Shown here: piece after piece, positions 31,008-39,408 of the stretch
How the letters are laid out: every line of letters begins with the position of its first letter
How positions within the stretch are numbered: the first letter of the stretch is position 1
Virus record (IMG/VR): IMGVR_UViG_2548876954_000009
Direction: 5' to 3' (one strand)
DNA: 43,895 nt
From: a virus
Lineage: Duplodnaviria; Heunggongvirae; Uroviricota; Caudoviricetes
Position numbers and translations under genes: made by a program
The notes under the pieces: model-generated
Told to the model about the DNA's origin: nothing
Seen by the model: only the letters and a program-made list of their open reading frames with translations
Databases searched by the model: none

Positions 31008-31403
31008 TTACCGAGTTGCTAATTTGCAACTCGCTTTTTCGTACTTACTGATAGTGATCTCGACCTTCCCCTCCGGGATAACCGGTCCCCACTCCACCAG
31101 CATTCTTTTCACCTGACTGTCGTCTTCCCACACACCCGCGTGGGTCAGGGCGTCAAACAGCGCCTTGTTATAGTTGTCCAGATCGCGGATCCGGTTATCC
31201 GGAGGAAACAACACGATCTCCACTGAAGCAGGTGCCGACGTTGGTTTCGGCAGACGACGTAACTGCTCAACTATTGCTGCACACGCCGCGCTCTGGAATT
31301 TTCGCCCCGCCGCGCTTATCAGGCTCTTACCAGCAAACGCCCCTTTGTTGGGGTGTCGCCAGTACGTGTTCACGCTGGGCGGAAAAGGCAGAATCAGCTT
31401 CAT
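31008..31403 (-). CDS. rusA: Holliday junction resolvase RusA
   Basis: 131 aa, ...RIRDLDNYNKALFDALTHAGVWEDDSQV... RusA signature. Confidence 0.9.
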   Translation of the reverse strand: MKLILPFPPSVNTYWRHPNKGAFAGKSLISAAGRKFQSAACAAIVEQLRRLPKPTSAPASVEIVLFPPDNRIRDLDNYNKALFDALTHAGVWEDDSQVKRMLVEWGPVIPEGKVEITISKYEKASCKLATR

Positions 31404-31726
31404 ACTTTCAGGCCTCTCTCATGTAACCAATGGGCTGCACGCAGCCTGGCGTTTTCCTCACCGGCAAGCAGTGAGCGGATAATCCCGACCGCCTCGCTGT
31501 CGTCGTCCTTCACCACGGTATGAAGCGTGATCCCCCGGGCCACACCACGCTTTATCGTGATGACGCCTTTTTTCTCCAGTGCGCGAAGATGCTCCACCGC
31601 TGCATTCACTGAACGGTATCCCAGCATGATTGCCACCTCCTGATTGGTTGGCGGGAAGCCACGTTCTTTCTGATAAGAAATCAGCATATCCAGCACCTGC
31701 TGCTGGCATTGAGTTAACGTCGTCAT
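31400..31726 (-). CDS. LexA N-terminal DNA-binding domain homologue lacking the S24 autocleavage domain
   Basis: QQQVLDMLISYQKERGFPPTNQEVAIMLGYRSVNAAVEHLRALEKKGVI..RGVARGITL aligns with LexA residues about 5-70 including recognition-helix S-x-N-A-A; only 108 aa. Confidence 0.75.
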   Translation of the reverse strand: MTTLTQCQQQVLDMLISYQKERGFPPTNQEVAIMLGYRSVNAAVEHLRALEKKGVITIKRGVARGITLHTVVKDDDSEAVGIIRSLLAGEENARLRAAHWLHERGLKV

Positions 31727-32376
31727 GCCGCCATCTCCCTGACCAGTTTTTCCGCCTGCTGGCGAACCTGCGCCAGAAACGCCTCACCACATGCCTCAAG
31801 TTCATCGCGCCCGATGTAGCTGATTGCCGGTCCCTTCCAGGTCTTGTCGAAAACAGCAATAGCACCAGCGAAGAAAGCGCCTGTCGGCACCTGCTTCTCA
31901 TCTTTCGGGATAAACCAGGCAGGCAGTTCAAAACCAATACGCCCGCGAATAAAAGCAATATGATCTGCATCTTCCGGCCACCACACTTCGCTGGTGGCAG
32001 CTTTGATCAGGAAAACATAGCGCCCGCCTTTATCACGCATGGCACTGGCATGCTTCATGATGTAACGCATGCCGGTGATGTATTGCCCCTCATGCTGACT
32101 GGCGCGGCTGTATGGGGGATTACCAAAGGCAGCACCTTTAAGCTCCGCAAGACGTTCTGACCAGTCATGCGCCAGCGCGTTGTCTTCCGCCGTGTAATAC
32201 GCGGCACATTTGGTGTTATCACCGTCAGTGAACAGATCCAGAACAAACGGGCCAAACAGGGTGTTAATTCCCCAGAAAATGTTGTCCGGCGTGCGCCACT
32301 GATCGCCCACTTCCTTCAGTTCATGGGCTGGTTTGTTCCGCAGTTCCACCAGCGCCTGGCAATATTTATTACTCAT
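31723..32376 (-). CDS. Phage DNA N6-adenine methyltransferase (orphan Dam-type)
   Basis: NPPY motif (FGNPPYSRA); ATG 32376 overlaps upstream stop (TAATG). Confidence 0.8.
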   Translation of the reverse strand: MSNKYCQALVELRNKPAHELKEVGDQWRTPDNIFWGINTLFGPFVLDLFTDGDNTKCAAYYTAEDNALAHDWSERLAELKGAAFGNPPYSRASQHEGQYITGMRYIMKHASAMRDKGGRYVFLIKAATSEVWWPEDADHIAFIRGRIGFELPAWFIPKDEKQVPTGAFFAGAIAVFDKTWKGPAISYIGRDELEACGEAFLAQVRQQAEKLVREMAA

Positions 32377-32864
32377 TAAGCCCCCACGTAATTCCCTGAC
32401 AGATACCACTCTTCACCCGATGCAGCGCGCTTGCTGCTTTTCCGTAAGCACCGCTCACGACGCGCCAGAAAATTGTTTCGTTCTGGCTGGGAGTGGCTTT
32501 CACGGAATGCCGCCATCCACACCGTTGCAGCACGACGGTATAAGCCCCTGGACTCCAGTTCTTCAGCCTGGCGGGTCAGGCACAAAATCTCCCGCGGGTC
32601 GTTAGTGCCGACATAGAAATTGCGCACAGGTCTGGTTTCACGAACTGGTTGCGGTTCCGCCTCCTGCGCTCTCTCAGTCAGGCGCGGGAAATGTCTGCGT
32701 GTATCCCCTTCACAACGGTGAGCCACACGACCACTCTGACGTAACTTGCTTGCTGACTGCAGAACGCGCTGCCGTGAGTAACCTGCAAAAGCATCCGCAA
32801 TGTCTCCGGAAGTACACCCCGGATGGGCTTCAATGTATTTCTGAACTTCATTCAAAAGACTCAT
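32376..32864 (-). CDS. Putative PerC-like transcriptional regulator
   Basis: C-terminal ...AEELESRGLYRRAATVWMAAF... resembles PerC family; ATG at 32864. Confidence 0.35.
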   Translation of the reverse strand: MSLLNEVQKYIEAHPGCTSGDIADAFAGYSRQRVLQSASKLRQSGRVAHRCEGDTRRHFPRLTERAQEAEPQPVRETRPVRNFYVGTNDPREILCLTRQAEELESRGLYRRAATVWMAAFRESHSQPERNNFLARRERCLRKSSKRAASGEEWYLSGNYVGA

Positions 32865-32866
32865 GA

Positions 32867-33685
32867 TCACCCCCTGAATCCTGCCGGGATCTGGCTGTAG
32901 TCCACGTTGTCGTAACTGGCTTTGAAGTACGGGTCCTCGCGTCTGGCTGCAGATACCACAGGAACTTCCCAGGATTCTTCGAAATGACGATCCGGACCAA
33001 AGAACGTGACAGCCTGTTTCACAAATTGTGTGCCGCTGTTACCCATCGCAGATACCCAGCCCGCATAGCGTTTCACACCTTCCAGCATGGTTTCGGGGTT
33101 TACCCCCTCATTCAAACGGGCTTTCCAGGCTTTGAAGGCTGCAGATTTTGAATTGCCACCAGCACGTTTGGGATATGCCAGCCATGCCTGCTCAAACTCC
33201 GGAGAGTATTCCGGTCGGTTTGAACGAACTCGCACAGACTCATCAGCAGATGCACCAACAGCTATTGGTTCATTGACTGGTTCTTTGGCTGGTTCAAAAG
33301 AGTGACTGGTTCTGGGTGAATCTCCTGCACTACCCCCTGGTGCAACTCCTGCACTACCTGGTGAATTTGCTGCACCAGATAGTGAATTATTTGCACTACC
33401 CCCTAGTGAATCTCCTGCACCATCAAGATGAAGGAGATAGATATTACTTGAGTTACCTTTTTCACCTTTCCGGGTGACTTTTTTTACCAGCCCGGAATCA
33501 CAAAGGGCCGCAATATGATTCATCACAGAACGTTTGCTAATCTCGCACTGGTCAGCAATATGCTGGTAGCTGGGCCAGCACTCACCCTGATCGCTGGCAT
33601 TATCAGCCAGCTTGATCAGAACCAGTTTTCGCAATGGATTACCCACTCGAATTTTCATCGCTTTAACCATCAGCTCCATACTCAT
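32867..33685 (-). CDS. Putative replication initiator/replisome organiser (HTH N-domain, Gly/Ser-rich linker, YdaU/O-like)
   Basis: N-terminal HTH (...SYQHIADQCEISKRSVMNHIAALCDSGLV...), linker encoded by iteron-like repeats, GGAGG RBS before ATG 33685. Confidence 0.5.
   Translation of the reverse strand: MSMELMVKAMKIRVGNPLRKLVLIKLADNASDQGECWPSYQHIADQCEISKRSVMNHIAALCDSGLVKKVTRKGEKGNSSNIYLLHLDGAGDSLGGSANNSLSGAANSPGSAGVAPGGSAGDSPRTSHSFEPAKEPVNEPIAVGASADESVRVRSNRPEYSPEFEQAWLAYPKRAGGNSKSAAFKAWKARLNEGVNPETMLEGVKRYAGWVSAMGNSGTQFVKQAVTFFGPDRHFEESWEVPVVSAARREDPYFKASYDNVDYSQIPAGFRG
33316..33427. repeat. Five tandem 21-24 bp direct repeats (iteron-like; candidate ori) inside the replication gene
   Basis: Units GTGAATCTCCTGCACTACCCCCTG / GTGCAACTCCTGCACTACCTG / GTGAATTTGCTGCACCAGATA / GTGAATTATTTGCACTACCCCCTA / GTGAATCTCCTGCACCATCAAG. 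Confidence 0.55.
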
Positions 33686-33918
33686 GCTGCACCTCCGAGA
33701 TGCTTCATGTTTTTTCCGGAGCAAAAGGCTATAAGCGGCATACTGATGCGGTAATTACGGCCCAGCGGTTCACAAATCACCTTCTGACATTCACGGTCAA
33801 CCAGGCTAACACGTAGAACATGCCCTGCAGGCGTGGTGTACCACTGCCCAACTGTAGGAATTGATGTTTTTTTACGCTTAAGCAAACGGCAAATATTGAG
33901 GATCAACGGATTAAGCAT
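33682..33918 (-). CDS. Small basic hypothetical protein, translationally coupled to replication gene
   Basis: 78 aa; GGAGGG RBS; stop overlaps downstream ATG (ATGA). Confidence 0.4.
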   Translation of the reverse strand: MLNPLILNICRLLKRKKTSIPTVGQWYTTPAGHVLRVSLVDRECQKVICEPLGRNYRISMPLIAFCSGKNMKHLGGAA

Positions 33919-34747
33919 GACGATGCCCTCCGCGGATATTCAGGAGACGGTGAATATGAAAATTAGCCTTATCCGCCAGACGAATACGTTCAGCTTGCAA
34001 GTTAAGAAGGGTTTCTACCAGAACCTGATGCGCCTGCGGATCCGAAAGAGTTACCTTGCGCAGAGCACGTAGTGCAGTCGTTACATAACTGAGTTTATGT
34101 AAGTCTTCATCATTCAGACGAGTGAGGGCTGGGACAGTAGCCATGATGGCAGCCTCCTTGATCGGTGAAATACTTCCACCACCGGAAACGCCAATTTCGC
34201 TGGTGGTGAACTGAACGGGGTTGGCGTAACCGGTGATCAAGGAAACCGGCGCATCTTTCGATGCCCCCGCCCAGCCCACCATAACTTTGATGTGAGCAAA
34301 TGCGGACGATAAAAAAGACGCTGGCGCGTCATATATCGCCTTGATCAATTCCAGGACGCCAATCCCGGCACCCGCTTTATAAGGTGCCTGAACAGTGTAA
34401 CGTCCCGGAATGGCAGAATCAATGTGCTGGTGGTCCTTCACACTCAACAAAATCACGCCTGAATTTCCACAAAGGACTAAAGCACTCATGCGGGTAGTCT
34501 TTGCGAAGATAGATAACGCGCTGTGTTTCTGGCTCCCAACGAATAACATGAACATAAAGTCCTCTTCCGTCACGAAACCAGCGGTTAAGTTCCTGCACAA
34601 CTCGCCCCCCACAGTCAGGTAAAGTTCTCTGTGGTTACTTACAGCCAGGTGATTTGGTAATCTGCATTCATGCCGTAACAACAGGTGTTCAGCGACGCTG
34701 ACCACCAGCTGTTGCGACAAACGGTTATTTGCCGTTAAACTGTTCAT
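33911..34747 (-). CDS. Hypothetical protein (278 aa) in early-right operon
   Basis: ATG overlaps upstream stop (ATGA); no recognisable motif, no Walker A. Confidence 0.4.
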   Translation of the reverse strand: MNSLTANNRLSQQLVVSVAEHLLLRHECRLPNHLAVSNHRELYLTVGGELCRNLTAGFVTEEDFMFMLFVGSQKHSALSIFAKTTRMSALVLCGNSGVILLSVKDHQHIDSAIPGRYTVQAPYKAGAGIGVLELIKAIYDAPASFLSSAFAHIKVMVGWAGASKDAPVSLITGYANPVQFTTSEIGVSGGGSISPIKEAAIMATVPALTRLNDEDLHKLSYVTTALRALRKVTLSDPQAHQVLVETLLNLQAERIRLADKANFHIHRLLNIRGGHRHA

Positions 34748-35307
34748 GCGTTAGTTTCTCCACAGACACAAAACGCCACGACGCCCGGAGCTGCACACTC
34801 GCGGGCGTCACTCTTTTCTGGAGCGCAAAAGATTTTGTAGACCAGTGCTGCATGCTCCTGGAGCTTCGAAATTGACAGATACAACTCATCATTAATTGCT
34901 GTCTGCTCGTGTGGCTCCACGACCCCATCTTCGATTGCCGAACGAATCTGCTTTGAGTAACTCCCGATCTGTTCGATGACTTCCAGCAGGCGCTGGTTTA
35001 TATCGGCATTCTCTACTTCCTCAATTTCAGGAAGCGATACAAACACCCCACCAGCAGACTGTGCGACAGCATCCGCAATGTAGTGAGTGCCAGCCGCGCG
35101 CTGTAAAATCATTGCCCATCCCAGCGGGAAAATCTGATCGCCATCTGCACGAAGGCGGTTGAATAAAGCGTTCTCTGTTACATCCAGCCACTCAGCAGCT
35201 TCAGCGTAACCCCCCGGCAACGCCGCGATAGTTTTCCTGACAGCTTTCACGTACCACTCAGGCTGTTTTTCTATTTTCCAGTGATGCTTACCCACGATTA
35301 GCCTCAT
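34744..35307 (-). CDS. Putative CII/YdaT-like regulatory protein
   Basis: 187 aa immediately downstream of cro-like gene, the position of cII/ydaT. Confidence 0.35.
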   Translation of the reverse strand: MRLIVGKHHWKIEKQPEWYVKAVRKTIAALPGGYAEAAEWLDVTENALFNRLRADGDQIFPLGWAMILQRAAGTHYIADAVAQSAGGVFVSLPEIEEVENADINQRLLEVIEQIGSYSKQIRSAIEDGVVEPHEQTAINDELYLSISKLQEHAALVYKIFCAPEKSDARECAAPGVVAFCVCGETNA

Positions 35308-35338
35308 CGTTCTGTGGTTAAAAATTGAAAGTGTTCTG

Positions 35339-35539
35339 CTAATCTTTCGGATAGATATCCGGTCTTAAGTCAGATTTCGTAATTGCACCTGACGTGCATT
35401 GCTCAAGTTTTTTAGCCAGCACAAAACTGGCTTTTTTATAGCCATTGAAAACCAGCCGTAAGTAGCCAGGTGTTGAGCCAACTTTTCCGGCCAACTCGCC
35501 CTGCTGTTCTTTGGTTAAAGAGTCCCAATACGCTTTCAT
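35339..35539 (-). CDS. cro: Cro/YdaS-like HTH regulator
   Basis: 66 aa from ATG 35539 with GGAGG RBS; ...GSTPGYLRLVFNGYKKASFVLAKKLEQCTSGAITKSDLRPDIYP HTH; divergent from cI. Confidence 0.75.
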   Translation of the reverse strand: MKAYWDSLTKEQQGELAGKVGSTPGYLRLVFNGYKKASFVLAKKLEQCTSGAITKSDLRPDIYPKD

Positions 35540-35544
35540 ACAAC

Positions 35545-35623
35545 ATGTACCTCCGGTATACATATTACATGATTGAAATGAACCTTCAAGATACTTGTAC
35601 CTTAACGGTACAAGGGTTTTAAT
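35545..35623. promoter_or_regulatory. OR region: two palindromic operators plus candidate PR (minus) and PRM (plus)
   Basis: Operators ATGTACCtccGGTATACAT (35545..35563) and CTTGTACCttaacGGTACAAG (35594..35614); PR -35 TTGAAG/-10 TAATAT on minus; PRM -35 TTGTAC/-10 TTTAAT with near-leaderless cI start. Confidence 0.5.
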
Positions 35624-35629
35624 TTCGTT

Positions 35630-36304
35630 ATGAAAACAATCCATGACATCCGGCGGTCTAACGCCAGAAAACTGAGAGATGGTGTTGGCGGGAATTCTTC
35701 CTTTGCCACTATGATTGATCGCGAGCCAACCCAGACCAGCAGGTTTATGGGAGATGGTGCTACTAAAAATATCGGTGACAGCATGGCACGACACATCGAA
35801 AAATGTTTCGACCTGCCTGTCGGATGGCTCGATCAAGAACACCAGACAACGAACATCACAAAAAAACCTGATGTTTCAATCACTAATAAACAAATCACAT
35901 TAGTCCCTGTCATATCATGGGTACAGGCCGGAGCATGGAAAGAAGTTGGATATTCTGAGGTTGATTTGAGCACAGCAGAAACGTATCCCTGCCCTGTACC
36001 CTGTGGGGAAATGACTTATATCTTGCGGGTGATAGGTGATTCAATGATTGATGAGTACCGCCCGGGAGACATGATTTTTGTCGATCCTGAAGTACCTGCC
36101 TGCCACGGTGACGACGTTATTGCATTGATGCACGATACAGGTGAAACCACCTTCAAAAGGTTGATAGAAGATGGGACACAGCGTTATCTCAAAGCGTTAA
36201 ACCCAAACTGGCCTGAGCCTTACATTAAGATCAACGGTAATTGCTCTATAATTGGAACTGTGATTTTCTCAGGAAAACCAAGAAGATACAAAATCAAAGC
36301 CTAA
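35630..36304 (+). CDS. cI: CI-type repressor (N-terminal HTH, C-terminal S24 LexA-like peptidase)
   Basis: 224 aa; C-terminal ...VIGDSMIDEYRPGDMIFVDPE... S24 signature with catalytic Ser and downstream Lys (FKRL); divergent from cro. Confidence 0.9.
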   Translation: MKTIHDIRRSNARKLRDGVGGNSSFATMIDREPTQTSRFMGDGATKNIGDSMARHIEKCFDLPVGWLDQEHQTTNITKKPDVSITNKQITLVPVISWVQAGAWKEVGYSEVDLSTAETYPCPVPCGEMTYILRVIGDSMIDEYRPGDMIFVDPEVPACHGDDVIALMHDTGETTFKRLIEDGTQRYLKALNPNWPEPYIKINGNCSIIGTVIFSGKPRRYKIKA

Positions 36305-36316
36305 TCAATGTTTATG

Positions 36317-36340
36317 AACCTGCTTCGGCAGGTTTTTTTA
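36317..36340 (+). terminator. Rho-independent terminator after cI
   Basis: Stem AACCTGC/GCAGGTT, loop TTCG, followed by T7. Confidence 0.7.
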
Positions 36341-36343
36341 TAC

Positions 36344-36380
36344 TTGACAATGTACCCATGAGATACATAATGTACCCAAG
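36344..36380 (+). promoter_or_regulatory. Putative PL promoter with OL operators
   Basis: TTGACA (36344..36349), 16-nt spacer, CATAAT; overlapped by ATGTACCCATGAGATACAT and a second ATGTACCCA copy sharing the OR half-site. Confidence 0.5.
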
Positions 36381-36456
36381 AGAAACAACAAACAGGCAGG
36401 ACGCCCACGAAGTAGCCGCCAGGGGCATATGAAGTCCTGGATGATTCGTTAGTAAC

Positions 36457-36480
36457 AAAAAAAGCGTCGTACAGGACGCT
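36457..36480 (-). terminator. Terminator after the exported-protein moron
   Basis: Stem AGCGTC/GACGCT, loop GTACAG, T-tract on minus strand. Confidence 0.5.
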
Positions 36481-36504
36481 TCGCTCTTTAACAATCTGGA
36501 TGAC

Positions 36505-37020
36505 TTATCGGTCAGATTTAAACTGGGGTTCTGGCAAAACTGGTGGTGTTGAATCTTCAAATCGTAACCAGTGTTCCCAAATATCATGTGTTCGTAATTT
36601 CTGTAGACTAATTTGACGCGATGCAATTGCGGAATTAGTGGTTACTCCACCAGAAGCATCGCTCTCTACTGACGTTGAGGCTTTTTCTACTAATTCTGAC
36701 CAAGCTTCACTTTCTGCGTCAAAAGCTTCTGTTAAGTCCCGCAGACGCTGTGGCTCATTTTTATGGTCTTCCTTCAAACGATTCAAAGCGGCAGTTGAAT
36801 ACTTATTCCTGACCCATTCGATCTGAGTTAGCTGAATCCGCAGACAATTATCTATATCAATGGTTGTGTTCTGAGGCATGTCAGAACAAGAAATATAAAA
36901 GGTCACAACTCCACCGTTCAAACTACTGCCCGGTTCGATTAAAACATTAGAGGAATTTGACGTAGTCGGCAATATTAATGCTAACGACAAAACCACATGT
37001 TTAACAGAAATCGCACCCAT
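36505..37020 (-). CDS. Hypothetical exported protein (N-terminal signal peptide); moron antisense to PL
   Basis: MGAISVKHVVLSLALILPTT... signal-like N-terminus; own terminator; convergent with cI. Confidence 0.5.
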   Translation of the reverse strand: MGAISVKHVVLSLALILPTTSNSSNVLIEPGSSLNGGVVTFYISCSDMPQNTTIDIDNCLRIQLTQIEWVRNKYSTAALNRLKEDHKNEPQRLRDLTEAFDAESEAWSELVEKASTSVESDASGGVTTNSAIASRQISLQKLRTHDIWEHWLRFEDSTPPVLPEPQFKSDR

Positions 37021-37354
37021 TTAAATTGCCCTCTAAAGAACAAGGTCATCCAGATTAACCGAAACCTGGTTATTGGGGAATAACCAAATCCACCTCGCCT
37101 GATGTGGCTAAAAGCAGGCACATAACAGCTAAGTATTTTCAACCAGAGAGAATCCTTAGCGTTGTGGTGAATGCGCAGGCTGATGCGCGAAAGACATTGC
37201 AGCTATTGCGGAAAAGAGCTGTTCGGCGGAGCAATTAAATGCCCGTGAGAGTCTGAAATAACCGCAAGCCGGAGATCAGCATCGGTCACCACAACAGCCA
37301 CTGCTTTGGCGGTACCAGTTTGTACACTTGCTTCCGGCTGGTACCGCTCTTTTT

Positions 37355-37443
37355 ACAAAACAGAGAAGAACATCATCGGACGACGGGCTCATAACCCAAT
37401 CCATCCGGGCGGCGGCCACCACAGGTGTTCTTCTCTGTTTTGT
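37355..37443. repeat. Perfect 18-bp inverted repeat separated by 53 bp
   Basis: ACAAAACAGAGAAGAACA (37355..37372) and TGTTCTTCTCTGTTTTGT (37426..37443). Confidence 0.7.
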
Positions 37444-37491
37444 GGAGAAACTAATAGGCCTTGCAGGGTCGATATGATGAGGAGCAGCAAA

Positions 37492-37854
37492 ATGGCTAGC
37501 GAACGCAGTACTGATGTACAGGCATTTATCGGGGAGCTGGACGGCGGCGTATTTGAAACCAAAATCGGCGCAGTTCTCAGTGAAGTCGCTTCCGGTGTGA
37601 TGAACACGAAAACCAAAGGTAAGGTCTCGCTCAACCTGGAAATTGAACCATTTGATGAGAACCGTGTGAAAATCAAACACAAACTCTCATATGTTCGCCC
37701 AACTAACCGCGGGAAAATTTCCGAAGAAGACACTACCGAAACGCCGATGTATGTCAATCGCGGTGGTCGCCTGACTATTCTGCAGGAAGACCAGGGACAA
37801 TTACTGACTCTTGCCGGTGAACCTGACGGAAAACTCCGCGCAGCAGGTCGTTAA
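37492..37854 (+). CDS. YfdP-like protein (CPS-53-type early gene)
   Basis: 120 aa from ATG 37492 with GAGGAG RBS; first gene of yfdP/Q/R/S-like block. Confidence 0.5.
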   Translation: MASERSTDVQAFIGELDGGVFETKIGAVLSEVASGVMNTKTKGKVSLNLEIEPFDENRVKIKHKLSYVRPTNRGKISEEDTTETPMYVNRGGRLTILQEDQGQLLTLAGEPDGKLRAAGR

Positions 37855-37919
37855 TATCGTTCTTAATAAACTGATTATTTATCTCATCACTGAATATCTT
37901 TGTATAGTGAGGACTTATT

Positions 37920-38744
37920 ATGTCTCAGAACTTAGACGCAACCGCAATTAATCAAATCCATGCCCTTATTTCTGCTCAGGGTGTTAATGAAATTATCAGT
38001 AAGATTGGTGCCGACGCAGTGGCATTACCTGAAAATTTCCGCATTCATGATCTGGAAAAATTTAATTTAAATCGCTTCCGTTTCCGTGGTGCGCTTTCCA
38101 CTGCCAGCATCGATGACTTTACCCGTTATTCTAAAGATCTTGCAGATGAAGGCACCCGCTGCTTTATCGATGCCGATAATATGCGAGCCGTCAGTGTGCT
38201 TAACCTAGGCACTATTGATGAACCTGGTCATGCAGATAACACCGCCACTCTCAAACTGAAAAAGACAGCACCGTTCTCTGCTCTGTTGTCTGTTAATGGC
38301 GAGCGTAACTCCCAGAAGTCACTGGCAGAATGGATTGAAGACTGGGCCGACTACCTTGTAGGCTTTGATGCTAATGGTGACGCTATTCAGGCAACAAAAG
38401 CGGCTGCGGCTGTCCGTAAAATCACGATTGAAGCAAACCAGACCGCTGATTTTGAAGATAATGACTTCAGCGGAAAACGCTCCCTGATGGAGTCTGTCGA
38501 AGCGAAGACCAAAGATATTATGCCAGTGGCATTTGAATTTAAATGCGTTCCGTTTGAAGGTCTGAAAGAACGTCCGTTTAAATTACGCCTCAGCATTATC
38601 ACTGGCGATCGTCCTGTACTGGTTCTGCGCATTATTCAGTTGGAAGCAGTCCAGGAAGAAATGGCTAACGAATTTCGTGATCTGCTTGTTGAGAAATTCA
38701 AAGACAGCAAAGTAGAAACCTTTATTGGTACTTTCACCGCCTGA
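37920..38744 (+). CDS. YfdQ-like protein (DUF2303)
   Basis: 274 aa, [20 protein letters not shown]...; same length as recalled YfdQ. Confidence 0.65.
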   Translation: MSQNLDATAINQIHALISAQGVNEIISKIGADAVALPENFRIHDLEKFNLNRFRFRGALSTASIDDFTRYSKDLADEGTRCFIDADNMRAVSVLNLGTIDEPGHADNTATLKLKKTAPFSALLSVNGERNSQKSLAEWIEDWADYLVGFDANGDAIQATKAAAAVRKITIEANQTADFEDNDFSGKRSLMESVEAKTKDIMPVAFEFKCVPFEGLKERPFKLRLSIITGDRPVLVLRIIQLEAVQEEMANEFRDLLVEKFKDSKVETFIGTFTA

Positions 38745-38871
38745 TTTCATTACTGCAAATGCCCCTGCGGGGGCATTTATGGAAACGTAATTTACTCAAT
38801 AATCGCCGGATGGTAAGGGATTCTTTTTACCAGAATTCAGCGCGGTGCAGCGCATATACGTGGAGAACAAA

Positions 38872-39408
38872 ATGTCATTTATTAAAACTTTTTCCGGGAA
38901 GCATTTTTATTATGACAAGATAAATAAAGATGACATCGTTATTAACGATATCGCGGTTTCCCTTTCAAATATCTGTCGTTTTGCAGGACATCTTTCACAC
39001 TTCTACAGTGTCGCCCAGCATGCGGTGCTTTGCAGCCAGCTGGTGCCGCAGGAATTTGCTTTTGAAGCGTTAATGCATGATGCAACAGAAGCGTATTGCC
39101 AGGACATCCCCGCACCACTGAAACGCCTTCTTCCTGACTATAAACGGATGGAAGAAAAAATAGATGCCGTAATCCGTGAGAAATACGGGTTACCCCCGGT
39201 TATGAGCACGCCCGTGAAATATGCCGATCTCATCATGCTGGCAACCGAACGCCGCGATCTCGGGCTTGATGATGGCTCTTTCTGGCCTGTATTGGAAGGT
39301 ATCCCGGCAACAGAGATGTTCAAAGTGATTCCACTGGCTCCAGGCCATGCCTACGGGATGTTTATGGAACGTTTTAACGAGTTATCGGAGTTACGCAAAT
39401 GCGCATGA
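38872..39408 (+). CDS. HD-domain phosphohydrolase, YfdR-like 5'-deoxynucleotidase
   Basis: MSFIKTFSGKHFYY...; HD motif (ALMHDATEAY) and upstream His; ATG 38872 with GGAG RBS. Confidence 0.7.
   Translation: MSFIKTFSGKHFYYDKINKDDIVINDIAVSLSNICRFAGHLSHFYSVAQHAVLCSQLVPQEFAFEALMHDATEAYCQDIPAPLKRLLPDYKRMEEKIDAVIREKYGLPPVMSTPVKYADLIMLATERRDLGLDDGSFWPVLEGIPATEMFKVIPLAPGHAYGMFMERFNELSELRKCA

Noticed and set aside
31012-31033. Perfect 8-bp-stem hairpin (CGAGTTGC...GCAACTCG) with plus-strand T-run at the RusA 3' end
   Set aside because: T-tract is on the plus strand where no upstream plus-strand gene exists nearby, and the hairpin overlaps the last RusA codons; may only stop antisense transcription.
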